Shown one piece after another: positions 53,921 to 62,197 of a DNA stretch of 64,000 bases (position 1 is its first letter; each line of letters starts with the position of its first letter). This stretch comes from Actinobacteria bacterium HGW-Actinobacteria-5 (lineage in GTDB: Bacteria; Actinomycetota; Actinomycetes; Propionibacteriales; Propionibacteriaceae). The stretch spans positions 7,890-71,889 of the forward strand of contig PHEV01000003.1 of NCBI GenBank assembly GCA_002843035.1, in the 5' to 3' direction. The position numbers were made by a program, and so were the translations under genes. The notes below the pieces were generated by a model. The model did no database searches. It saw only the letters and a program-made list of their open reading frames with translations, and was not told where the DNA came from.

Positions 53921-55185
53921 CCGCCACTCTCGCCGATCGCGACGTCGCGGCGGAGTTCGAGCAGATGGTGCGCCGCGAGTTCGGCGCCCCACCTGCTGCG
54001 CCGGCCGACGAGGCCGGCCTGGTGGGCGTGTGGCTGACGCACAGGGTCTGCGCGGAGGAGCATCAGACCCGTGTGTACGCGCGCTGTCTGACTGATCGGC
54101 GCGTGCTGCCCCGCTGGCATCAGGACGACCGTGGGGCCCGTAACCACCATCGCGGCTTCCATGTGGAGGCCCCTGCCGGCGCATATCGGGGGGTGACGGC
54201 GTGGATGGGCCGGGATCACTGGCTGGCTGTGGTGGTGCCGTTGGCGATCCAGCAGCGGCCCGAGGTGCTCAAGCGGCACGGTGTCAGCCCGGACGTGATG
54301 CGGCGCTGGGCACGGGTCAAGAGCGGCTACGCCGCCCAGAAGTCGGGCCGGCGGTGCATCGTGCGGCCGGTCACCGTGGCGAGCGTGGTCGGGGTCACCG
54401 AGCGGCAGGTTCAGCGGTGCAACGCCGCTGCCCGTGAACTCGGCCTGGAGCAGTTGATCCTAGAGGGGCGGATGTTGGATGTGGATGAGCGCAGCTCGCT
54501 GCGTCCGTTGGGGTCTCGGCAGCGGGGGCTGGCCAGCGAAGTGGCGCTCACTATCCCCAGCTGGCTGCGGTGCCTTGTGGGTTCTGTCACCCCTTCCAGA
54601 GGAACCCGGCTTCCTAGGAATTCTCACCTTTGCAACACTCCACATGACGGCCTTCGGCCGATCCAGAAGGACGGCGCTCCGCGCCGGCGCAACGAAAAAG
54701 GAGCTCGATCGAGGTGGCGGGCCCGGGCTGTGGCCTCGGAACTGGCCGTCAGGCTCGACTGGTTGGCCGGAGAGGCACGCCGACGGCTGATCCCACCCCT
54801 GATGAGGTTCGTGACCGCCGATGAGCCATGGACGGTCGAGGACCTGGTGGCCGGGATACACCAGGTGAGCGCTGGGCGGGGCGAGATCCAGCCTGACATG
54901 ATCCGTACCCGTCCAGCGATCCTGCTCGCAGGGATCCTGCGGCGCCTGGACACGGTGGCCGACCACCCCCGGCTTGCCGGCCCGTTCATCCCCTCCGACA
55001 CCGCACCCTGCGGCGGCGGCGACTGTGACGGCTACGGCTGGATCAACGGCTTGGACGACACGGGCCGGCCCTGGGCCAAACCCTGCCCCGACTGCGCCCC
55101 GGCCGTCCGCCGCGGCGCCGCCCAACCGCCGGTCGATCCGTGGGCAGCCGAGACCACACCCGGGACGAACGGGCACCCGTTCTGA
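53917..55185 (+). CDS. hypothetical protein with HTH and C-terminal Cys cluster; possible replication/initiator role (speculative)
   Basis: GTGA overlap. VASVVGVTERQVQRCNAAARELG is an HTH-like segment. The C-terminus reads CGGGDCDGYGWING...PCPDC. Confidence 0.55.
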   Translation: MTATLADRDVAAEFEQMVRREFGAPPAAPADEAGLVGVWLTHRVCAEEHQTRVYARCLTDRRVLPRWHQDDRGARNHHRGFHVEAPAGAYRGVTAWMGRDHWLAVVVPLAIQQRPEVLKRHGVSPDVMRRWARVKSGYAAQKSGRRCIVRPVTVASVVGVTERQVQRCNAAARELGLEQLILEGRMLDVDERSSLRPLGSRQRGLASEVALTIPSWLRCLVGSVTPSRGTRLPRNSHLCNTPHDGLRPIQKDGAPRRRNEKGARSRWRARAVASELAVRLDWLAGEARRRLIPPLMRFVTADEPWTVEDLVAGIHQVSAGRGEIQPDMIRTRPAILLAGILRRLDTVADHPRLAGPFIPSDTAPCGGGDCDGYGWINGLDDTGRPWAKPCPDCAPAVRRGAAQPPVDPWAAETTPGTNGHPF

Positions 55186-55224
55186 TCATGACGATGGAAC
55201 CCTGCGCACGCCGCCGGCGCCCGA

Positions 55225-55240
55225 TTATTCCGCGGAATAA
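55225..55240. repeat. TTATTCCGCGGAATAA palindrome copy 5
   Basis: Exact 16-mer; the extended palindrome cgattattccgcggaataatcg spans 55222-55243. It lies between convergent genes (stop 55185 on +, stop 55256 on -). Confidence 0.95.
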
Positions 55241-55255
55241 TCGCAGGGCGAAGCC

Positions 55256-55561
55256 TCAGTTCAGCAGCGTGGCGGGCCAAGCGGTGGCCCGGTCGACGTC
55301 AGCGGCCGCCACAGCCAACTCGATCCAGGCCCGTCGCTTGCAAGCCTTCTCGCTGACCTTGATCGCGACCGTGGCCTCGACCCCAAGAGCGTCCAGATGG
55401 TCGTTCACCCCCGCCGATATGCGGCTCAACGCGTCAGCGTCGGCGACTGGCAGCCGGAGCCACCCGTTCCTGGTGAGTAGCTCAGCCCGCTCGGTGAGCA
55501 GACGAGCGATGGGCTGGGACTCGGGGCTGGGCATGGCTGGGATCGTAGCCACACCACTCAC
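55256..55561 (-). CDS. hypothetical protein
   Basis: 101-aa ORF with high GC3 and its own AT-richer upstream region. Confidence 0.5.
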   Translation of the reverse strand: MSGVATIPAMPSPESQPIARLLTERAELLTRNGWLRLPVADADALSRISAGVNDHLDALGVEATVAIKVSEKACKRRAWIELAVAAADVDRATAWPATLLN

Positions 55562-55698
55562 CTCTAAACACCTATAAACGGACGCGTTTCTAGTCGCTTA
55601 ATAGCACGTTGCGGGATGCTGGACCAGCAGGCGGGCCTGTGTAAGGCGATCGCTTATACGGGCTTACAGATACCTACATTCGGCGGGCCCGGGGATGC

Positions 55699-58600
55699 TC
55701 AAGGCGTCAGATCAGACGTATCGCCCCAGGGGCGGCTGTTGGTGCCCCAGTGGGTCCCGGCGCCCGCCAGCGCGTCGTGGCTGAGCAACCGGCCGGTGGC
55801 GACCTGGTCGAGGAGTTCGGTCTGCTCGGTCTCGAGGCGGGTGAGCCGGTCGAGCACGGTGAGGAGTTCGATCAGCTCGCCGGTCCAGGCGTGCTCCCAG
55901 TGGGCGGGGTTGATGTGGTCGAGTGGGGTGGAACGGCGGCCTGCCGGCTCGGCCTTCCGGTAGTCGACCCAGCTCTTGATCACGTTGCGGCCGCCGACGG
56001 TGTAGGCGGCGACCTTCGGTGACACCGGACCGAATCTGCCGGTGCCCAGCACCAGTTCGCTGGCGTTGGGGTCGTAGCTGTGGCCCTCGGGGAGATCCTG
56101 GACCGGTGCGATGGCCTGGATCTGGCGGGGATCACCGGCCGGGTAGCGCACGTTGCCCTTCGGGCGGTCGGGCCCGTCGAAGGTCTGGCCATAGGTGTGC
56201 GCCCACAGCACCTGCCGACCCAGGTTCGCTGCGGTCGCCCACAGCTGCGGGTCGGCGGTCATCGGCACCCGCACGCCTGGCGTCTCCAGCTCCGCGGCGA
56301 ACCGCGCAGTGAATCCCGGGTGCGCGGTGATCGCCGCCAGGTAGGCCAGGACATCGGCCGGTTCGACCGGGATCCCCAACTCGCCGCTCAGTGCCGTGGT
56401 GAGCCCGTCGGGCAGGTTGGGATGGCCGTTGGGATGCAGCCAGGGCAACGTCCGGCCCCCTTCACTTCCTTTGAAGTGGTCGAAGTCCGGGATCAGGTGG
56501 CTGAACACAAGCGCTGGCCCGGTGCTGATCTGACGCCGGTGCTGTTCCACGACGTACACCTGGCCGGGCTGGCGTGCTTGCCACAGGGCGGGGCGGGGCA
56601 TGTCGAACAGGCGGCGGTCGGCGATGACATGTTGGCGGTCGAAGGCGCGGTAGCCGACCTGGATGGTCTTCGTGGTTGTGCGGTTCTCCCATTCGAGGCG
56701 TTTCTCGGTGCCGGTGACGACGTCGGTGCCGGGGAGTGGGGGAAAGGTCTTGGTGGCGTGGGCGTCGCGCCCGGCCTTCATCAGGGCATTCTTGGCATCG
56801 ACACCGGTCTCGGCGACGAGCCGGGCCCACCGCTGTTGCAGCGTCTCGGGGCTGGGGGAGTAGACCCAGGTGCGGGTGGGGAACAGGCCGGGGGAGTACC
56901 ACGGCAGCAGGTCGGACACAGCTGGCCATCCGTCCCATGCGGAGGTGGGTGCTGGGGTGAAGGGGGCTGTCCAGGAGGTGCGGACGGGTCGCCATGCTGG
57001 CCCGTCGGGGCTGAGCTGGGCGAGCTGGCTGAACTTGGTCTGCTGGGTGCCGGCGATCGCGGTGTAGCGCAGTTCGGCGGGTTCGTCGGGGTTGTTGTCG
57101 GGGTGGCGGACGAACAGCCCGATCGCGAGGGGCTGCCGCACCCCGGGGAAGATCCTGGTCGGGATGTCGGGGGTTTGGCCTTCGGGGGTGAGGTCGATGA
57201 TCCAGCCGGCCGTCGACTCGCGGCGCAGGTAGCGGCGCATCGCGGTGAACGCCGGGCCTGTCAGGTAGCCGGAGGTTGTGATGAAGCACACGACGCCTGC
57301 CTGGTCGGCCGGCGTGGACTCCCACACTTTCCAGGTGGCCCACCGGTAGAAGTACACGTACAGGTTCTTCAGCTTGGCTGACAGACGGCCGGGCACCCCG
57401 TCGAGGAAGTCCTCCAGGATCCCGCGGGCGTGCTTGACGTCTGCGGCATCCGAGCCGTTTTCGACCCAGCCTCCGCCGCCGGCGGCCAGCTCACGGTAAG
57501 GCGGGTTCCCGATCACCACGGTGACCGGCTGGGACGCCTTGACCTTGTTTGCTTCGCGGCGTGCCTTCGCGATCGTCGCCAGACCGGACGCCAGCTGGGT
57601 TTCCGCGGCGTACGGATCGTCAAGGGTGTCGGTGACGAACAGCCTCAGCCCACCCTTGGGCAGCTTCGCGCCGAGTGCGGTCAGCAGTTCGGTGATCCGC
57701 AGCTCGGCGACGGCGTAGGGACCCATCTGGATCTCGAAGCCCGCCATGCGCCTGGCCAACTCGGTGATCGCCCCGGGCACCGAGCCGGGCCCGTCCACAG
57801 CGGCCACCTCGGCCTGGGCACGGTCGATGATCGTGTGCAGGTAGGTGCCGGTGCCCATCGCCGGGTCGACCACGGTGACCTGTGGGGCGCGAAAGCCGTC
57901 GGGGATGCCGAGCCGGCCGATCAGGACCTCGTCGACCAGCCGCACCATCTCGACCACGAGCTCGCGGGGCGTGTAGTAGGTGCCGGACGCCTGGCGCTTG
58001 GCCGGGTCGTAGGCCTCGAGGAACTGTTCGTAGAGGTAGAGGTAGACGTCCCGCTTGCCGGTGCGGATCCGGTCCCACTGGACGGCACCGACGACGGTTA
58101 CGAGCAGGTCCAGCACGACCTTGAAGTCGGCAGCGACGTCGTCGGTGAGCAGCTGGAGCGCCCGGCCCATCAGCGAGTGCTCGGCGCCCAGATCGGCACC
58201 GATGTCGTGCAAGCTCCGGCCGGCCAAGCTGATGCCTTCGGTGCGGGCCAGCAGCAGCGCGAACGTGACCGCCTGCGCGTAGCCGTCGGCGAACGTGTCG
58301 TCGTCGGCCTGCGGGAACAGCAGCTTGCGCCAGTCCGTCGCCAACCCGGTGAAGGGCAGGTCGTCGGCGGCCGCGCCGCCACGATGTCTGCGTTTCTCCT
58401 GGGTGAGCTGGTCGACCACCTCACCGCGCAGCAGCCTGGTGAGTGGGGCGACCGCCCGCACCAGTGCCGACACCGATGTGATCGGCGCAGCCTTCCACCG
58501 CAGGAAGCCCGTCAGCAGCGCTTCGAGGTCCGGCGAGCTGGGCAGCTCGCCACCGATCTCTGCGAGGGGCTGGTCGGTGAGTACCACCTCGTCTCCGACC

Positions 58601-58980
58601 GGGTAGCCGTCGCGGTGAAGCCGCCACCGGGTGCCGTTGGTGTAGATCAGGTTCGGCAGGTCCCGTTGCCGTTCCCACTGGACCCGGTCGTGACCGGTGA
58701 ACCCGGCCGGGTCGATCCCGCGTCCTGGCGCCTTCACCTCGATGTAGCCCATGATCGCCATGCCGACGCTCACCCCGTAGTCGGGACGAACCTGACGAGC
58801 CGCGTCACGCACCTCGTCATGAAGGACGGCCGGCACACCAATCAACTTCCCGGCACCCTCCACGAGTGCCTCCAGCGGAGCCCGAATCGCCGCCTCCTGG
58901 TCACCTGGTCCAGCCAGCTTCTCCGCGCACTTCGCGCCGAACGCCGCCACCAGAGCATCGAACCCTGCACCTGCCGTCAC
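55699..58980 (-). CDS. Type IIG/IIL-like bifunctional enzyme: N-terminal PD-(D/E)xK nuclease, gamma-class N6-adenine methyltransferase, C-terminal specificity domain
   Basis: Nuclease motif is RPDYGVSVGMAIMGYIEVKAPG. MTase motifs are GTYYTPRELV, VVDPAMGTGTYL and VVIGNPPYR. The C-terminal part has YRAFDRQHVI, as in Type ISP/IIG target-recognition domains. The start is taken as the GTG at 58980; the 169 codons upstream are Arg/Pro junk overlapping the next gene. Confidence 0.8.
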   Translation of the reverse strand: MTAGAGFDALVAAFGAKCAEKLAGPGDQEAAIRAPLEALVEGAGKLIGVPAVLHDEVRDAARQVRPDYGVSVGMAIMGYIEVKAPGRGIDPAGFTGHDRVQWERQRDLPNLIYTNGTRWRLHRDGYPVGDEVVLTDQPLAEIGGELPSSPDLEALLTGFLRWKAAPITSVSALVRAVAPLTRLLRGEVVDQLTQEKRRHRGGAAADDLPFTGLATDWRKLLFPQADDDTFADGYAQAVTFALLLARTEGISLAGRSLHDIGADLGAEHSLMGRALQLLTDDVAADFKVVLDLLVTVVGAVQWDRIRTGKRDVYLYLYEQFLEAYDPAKRQASGTYYTPRELVVEMVRLVDEVLIGRLGIPDGFRAPQVTVVDPAMGTGTYLHTIIDRAQAEVAAVDGPGSVPGAITELARRMAGFEIQMGPYAVAELRITELLTALGAKLPKGGLRLFVTDTLDDPYAAETQLASGLATIAKARREANKVKASQPVTVVIGNPPYRELAAGGGGWVENGSDAADVKHARGILEDFLDGVPGRLSAKLKNLYVYFYRWATWKVWESTPADQAGVVCFITTSGYLTGPAFTAMRRYLRRESTAGWIIDLTPEGQTPDIPTRIFPGVRQPLAIGLFVRHPDNNPDEPAELRYTAIAGTQQTKFSQLAQLSPDGPAWRPVRTSWTAPFTPAPTSAWDGWPAVSDLLPWYSPGLFPTRTWVYSPSPETLQQRWARLVAETGVDAKNALMKAGRDAHATKTFPPLPGTDVVTGTEKRLEWENRTTTKTIQVGYRAFDRQHVIADRRLFDMPRPALWQARQPGQVYVVEQHRRQISTGPALVFSHLIPDFDHFKGSEGGRTLPWLHPNGHPNLPDGLTTALSGELGIPVEPADVLAYLAAITAHPGFTARFAAELETPGVRVPMTADPQLWATAANLGRQVLWAHTYGQTFDGPDRPKGNVRYPAGDPRQIQAIAPVQDLPEGHSYDPNASELVLGTGRFGPVSPKVAAYTVGGRNVIKSWVDYRKAEPAGRRSTPLDHINPAHWEHAWTGELIELLTVLDRLTRLETEQTELLDQVATGRLLSHDALAGAGTHWGTNSRPWGDTSDLTP

Positions 58981-59063
58981 GTCCCTGAGCCTGCCAGTCG
59001 ATCCGCACCCGGGAGGCTCGAATCGCGGCGTGTCTCGCGCCAGATGTGGCCGGTACGGGCAGG

Positions 59064-59627
59064 TCAGATCAGCACGTCTTGGCTTGGGCCCGGTCGAGGG
59101 CTGCCGGCAGGGTCGGCCTGCTGGCGGCGCTTGCGTGGTGGCGTGACGGTCTCGTAGGGGAGCCCGGCGGCTTCGAGGAGGTCGATCGGCTGGTCCGGGT
59201 CGCCGGCGGCGAGCATCCTGCGGACGAGCTGCTTCGTGAGGTCGTGGAGCTGGTCCTGCTGGGCATGGTTGTCGCTGAGCGCCTGTTTGTGGGCGGCCAG
59301 CTCTTCTGGTGGCGCGCCCCAGGGCCAGGGGGGTATCGACGATTGGAGCCGGACCAGTTCTGCGCGGTGTCGCCGCAGCTCGATCTGCTCGGCAGGGTAG
59401 CCCTCGCCGTGAGTCCTGATCGCCTTCCAAGCGATGAACGGCAGCCCGTCGGCGCGCCAGTGGTGGGTCTTGGTCACGTCGATCCACACCCCGGTGCCGT
59501 TGAACAGGTGGCTGCTGCTGCCGCCGCCAAGGTAGTGGGTGTAGCCCATCAACGCGTCGGCCACCAGCGACTCCAGGCCGGCCTGCAGGATCAGCCGCTG
59601 CTGGTCCGGGGAAAGGGCTCTACTCAT
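59064..59627 (-). CDS. hypothetical protein, first gene of the RM-like operon
   Basis: The ATG at 59627 is used (alternative 59666). GC3 is high. The upstream part of the listed ORF is rejected. Confidence 0.5.
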   Translation of the reverse strand: MSRALSPDQQRLILQAGLESLVADALMGYTHYLGGGSSSHLFNGTGVWIDVTKTHHWRADGLPFIAWKAIRTHGEGYPAEQIELRRHRAELVRLQSSIPPWPWGAPPEELAAHKQALSDNHAQQDQLHDLTKQLVRRMLAAGDPDQPIDLLEAAGLPYETVTPPRKRRQQADPAGSPRPGPSQDVLI

Positions 59628-59751
59628 GATGGATCGATCTCTCGGGGATCGGGCGGTCGTTTCCATATACCTGATCGGGCGAGGGTCCCGGACAGGTCGT
59701 CCGTCCCGAGCGTGAACGGGCGAGCTGCAACTCAGCGTGTGGGCGTGGGAA

Positions 59752-59789
59752 CCGTATAGGTCCGTATAGTTGACCGGGAAGTATACGGA
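59752..59789. promoter_or_regulatory. operator-like repeats CCGTATAG-g-tCCGTATAG ... TATACGGA in a divergent intergenic region
   Basis: Two direct copies and one inverted copy of CCGTATA lie within 38 bp. They sit between the 59627 (-) and 59810 (+) starts. Confidence 0.45.
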
Positions 59790-59809
59790 TCTATCCTCGG
59801 GAGGCTGTC

Positions 59810-61006
59810 GTGATTCAGAGCCCGTACTCGCCTGGGTCGCTTCCTGTTTACCTGGCTGGACGGGGTCATGAGCTGCAGGTGGTTCGTGATCGGCTGGCTC
59901 GCGTGGAAGCCCTCGGTAGATCGGGTGGACCGCTGCTGGCATTCTATGGCCCGCGAGGGTACGGCAAGACCTCTCTGCTACGGGCCGCCCAACGTGAAGC
60001 GCTCGCCGACGGCTATCTGACCGTCTGGGTTACCGGCAGGGAGGACGCCCCGCTCGCCCCGGACCTCGCCGGGGCGCTCGCGGAGGAGGTCCGGGACAGC
60101 TCTCTGCTGGCTCAGGCCAGCGCCCTGCTCGCCTCACTGGACAAGGTCCAGGTCGAGCTTGGCGTACCTGGTGCCAAGATCACCGCCGACACCGCTGCGC
60201 GACGACCGGGGGACGCCATCGAGGGCAGCCTCAAGCAGGCTGCCCAGCTGGCCCGTCAGCACGATCGTCACGGCCTTGCCGTCTTCGTCGACGAGTTCCA
60301 GGACGCCCCCACGGCCGATCGGCGATCCCTCCTGATCGCCCTGCAGCACTTCGACGGTGCACCCAAGGGGCAGCCGGTGGCCGTCATTGCTGCCGGCCTG
60401 CCCGCGCTTCCCAGCGCGGTGACCGCTGCGGCCACGTTCGGTGAGCGGTCAGACTTCCACGAACTGCGCCTGCTGAATGATGTGGCCACCGTCGAGGCGC
60501 TGAAGCTCCCCGCTGCGCAGCTCGGCGTGCACTGGGCCCAGGAAGCACTCGAGTACGCAATCGAGGCGACCCGGGGATACCCGCACGAGATCCAGCTGCT
60601 CGGCGAGGCGACCTGGAACGTCGCCAGGCCCGCCCAGGGAGACACGATCACCATCGGGCACGTCCGCAGCGGCCAGGAGACGGCAGAACGCCGAATGGAC
60701 CAGCTCTTCCAGGCCAGAATCGCGAAGACCACTGACGATCAACGCCGACTCTTGGACGCGATGGCCTCCCTCGGTGACGGCCCCGCAACCCGCGGCAGCA
60801 TCGCGGCGCTTCTGGGGGTGCCCACCGAGGCGCTGAGCCGGCCCCGCCAGGAACTCATCGGCCGCGGTCTCATCGAGCCCGCCGGTCATGGCCGCCTCCA
60901 GTTCACAGTCCCCGGATTCGCCGCCTTCCTGCGTGGCCAGACCGAAGACACCCTCGAACTGGAGACGCAACCGGACCGCCGGGGGACCGGTTATTCCGCG
61001 GAATAA
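59810..61006 (+). CDS. AAA+/STAND-like ATPase with C-terminal winged-helix (Orc1/Cdc6- or DUF234-type)
   Basis: SD gggagg is followed by a GTG. Walker A is FYGPRGYGKTS and Walker B is LAVFVDEFQ. The C-terminal wHTH-like segment is RRLLDAMASLGDGPATRGSIAALLGV. Confidence 0.75.
   Translation: MIQSPYSPGSLPVYLAGRGHELQVVRDRLARVEALGRSGGPLLAFYGPRGYGKTSLLRAAQREALADGYLTVWVTGREDAPLAPDLAGALAEEVRDSSLLAQASALLASLDKVQVELGVPGAKITADTAARRPGDAIEGSLKQAAQLARQHDRHGLAVFVDEFQDAPTADRRSLLIALQHFDGAPKGQPVAVIAAGLPALPSAVTAAATFGERSDFHELRLLNDVATVEALKLPAAQLGVHWAQEALEYAIEATRGYPHEIQLLGEATWNVARPAQGDTITIGHVRSGQETAERRMDQLFQARIAKTTDDQRRLLDAMASLGDGPATRGSIAALLGVPTEALSRPRQELIGRGLIEPAGHGRLQFTVPGFAAFLRGQTEDTLELETQPDRRGTGYSAE
60991..61006. 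repeat. TTATTCCGCGGAATAA palindrome copy 6
   Basis: Exact 16-mer; the extended palindrome cggttattccgcggaataaccg spans 60988-61009. It overlaps the last codons and stop of the ATPase gene. Confidence 0.95.
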
Positions 61007-61133
61007 CCGCGCCTCGGCCCTCCCGGATGGGGCCCGTTAGCGCTCAGCGCAGGTGTGGACGCGGCTCTGCCCGACGGCCAAGCTTGCCCAACGAGATTGT
61101 TGGGTATAGTGGTTGGTGGAAGAGGAGGAAGCC

Positions 61134-61523
61134 ATGACCACCACTGCCGCACCTCGCCGTCGCCACACTCGTGTCGCGCATGTCACCGGGGGAGCGTTGA
61201 CCGCGGAGCGGACCGGGTTCGTGATCGAGGCGTTGGGTAGCGTCACGGCCGTGGCGGAACTTCTGGAGGTGTCGAAGTCCCAGCCGTCGCGGTGGCGCAC
61301 CGGCGCGGAGCAGCCATCGCCGGCGAAGGCGCGCGAGCTGATCGACCTCGATCACGTCCTCGCCCGAGCCCTGCTGCTGTGGACTCCTGCGGTGGCGATC
61401 GACTGGCTGGCCGGCAGCAACGCCTACCTCGACGGCGCGCGGCCAATCGACGTCCTCCGGATCCGCGGGGCAGCGGAGGTCCTCGACGCCCTGGACGCGG
61501 CCGCCGCCGGCGCCTACGCCTGA
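61134..61523 (+). CDS. Xre-type antitoxin with DUF2384-like C-terminal domain (partner of RES toxin)
   Basis: SD gaggaggaa is followed by the ATG at 61134. The HTH is SVTAVAELLEVSKSQPSRW. The C-terminus reads WLAGSNAYLDGARPIDVL. Confidence 0.75.
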   Translation: MTTTAAPRRRHTRVAHVTGGALTAERTGFVIEALGSVTAVAELLEVSKSQPSRWRTGAEQPSPAKARELIDLDHVLARALLLWTPAVAIDWLAGSNAYLDGARPIDVLRIRGAAEVLDALDAAAAGAYA

Positions 61524-61530
61524 CACGACG

Positions 61531-62106
61531 GTGCTCGTCTACCGGGTCTTCCCCTACCTGCCAACGGCCAAGCCGGACGAGTCCGGCGGGCCGATGTACC
61601 TGCATCGGCCCCAAGGCAGGGGCAGGCTGGACAACGCCGAGTACGACACGTGGTACTTCGGGATCACCCCGGAGACCGCCATCGGAGAAGCGTTCGGCGA
61701 CCTGGCTGTGTGGCGGGACGAAATGTTCGAGTTCCCGTCGCTGCCCGGCGCGCGGCGCGCACTCGGCGTCTTCGAGATCCCCGACGACGCGGCCGTGCTC
61801 GACCTCGACGACGCACGCAGCCTGCTCGATCGCGGACTCCGGCCCACCCAGGTCGTCGCCCGAAACCGGCCCACCACCCAAGCGTGGGCGCTGCGGATCT
61901 TCGGCGAGACCGGGCCGGACGGCCGCCGACTCTGGGCCGGCGTCCGCTGGTGGTCCTTCCAGCGCCCCCACTGGACCGTGATCGCACTCTGGGTACCTGC
62001 CGCAGCGGCACCGACCCACACCTGCCTGCGGGTCGATACCCTCACGATCGACCACCCGGCAGTCGTCGACGCCGCCCGATCCCTCGGCAAACGACGCCTC
62101 CCGTAG
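61531..62106 (+). CDS. RES-domain toxin (MbcT/ParT-like NAD-targeting family)
   Basis: Arg (GRGRLDN), Glu (TPETAIGE) and Ser (WWSFQ) occur in RES spacing. The gene starts 8 nt after the antitoxin stop. Confidence 0.75.
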   Translation: MLVYRVFPYLPTAKPDESGGPMYLHRPQGRGRLDNAEYDTWYFGITPETAIGEAFGDLAVWRDEMFEFPSLPGARRALGVFEIPDDAAVLDLDDARSLLDRGLRPTQVVARNRPTTQAWALRIFGETGPDGRRLWAGVRWWSFQRPHWTVIALWVPAAAAPTHTCLRVDTLTIDHPAVVDAARSLGKRRLP

Positions 62107-62133
62107 CCGACACAGATGCCGGCCAACACCGGA

Positions 62134-62149
62134 TTATTCCGCGGAATAA
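62134..62149. repeat. TTATTCCGCGGAATAA palindrome copy 7
   Basis: Exact 16-mer located 28 nt after the RES toxin stop (62106) and upstream of tnpB. Confidence 0.95.
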
Positions 62150-62197
62150 TCGGGCCTCGGCTGTCCGGATCATGGCCGCTGGCGGGCTTACGTAGGT

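Noticed and set aside
58981-59487. N-terminal 169 codons of ORF 55699..59487
   Set aside because: The translation is Arg/Pro-rich junk that overlaps the better-supported 59064..59627 gene. The recognisable protein starts at VTAGAGFDALV (GTG at 58980).
1759-62149. The CCGCGG core of the palindrome as the target of the element's methyltransferases or RM enzyme (SacII-type site)
   Set aside because: CCGCGG is a common hexamer in high-GC DNA. The conserved AT-rich arms argue for recognition of the whole 14-16-mer. Nothing in the sequence links any of the three methyltransferases to this site.
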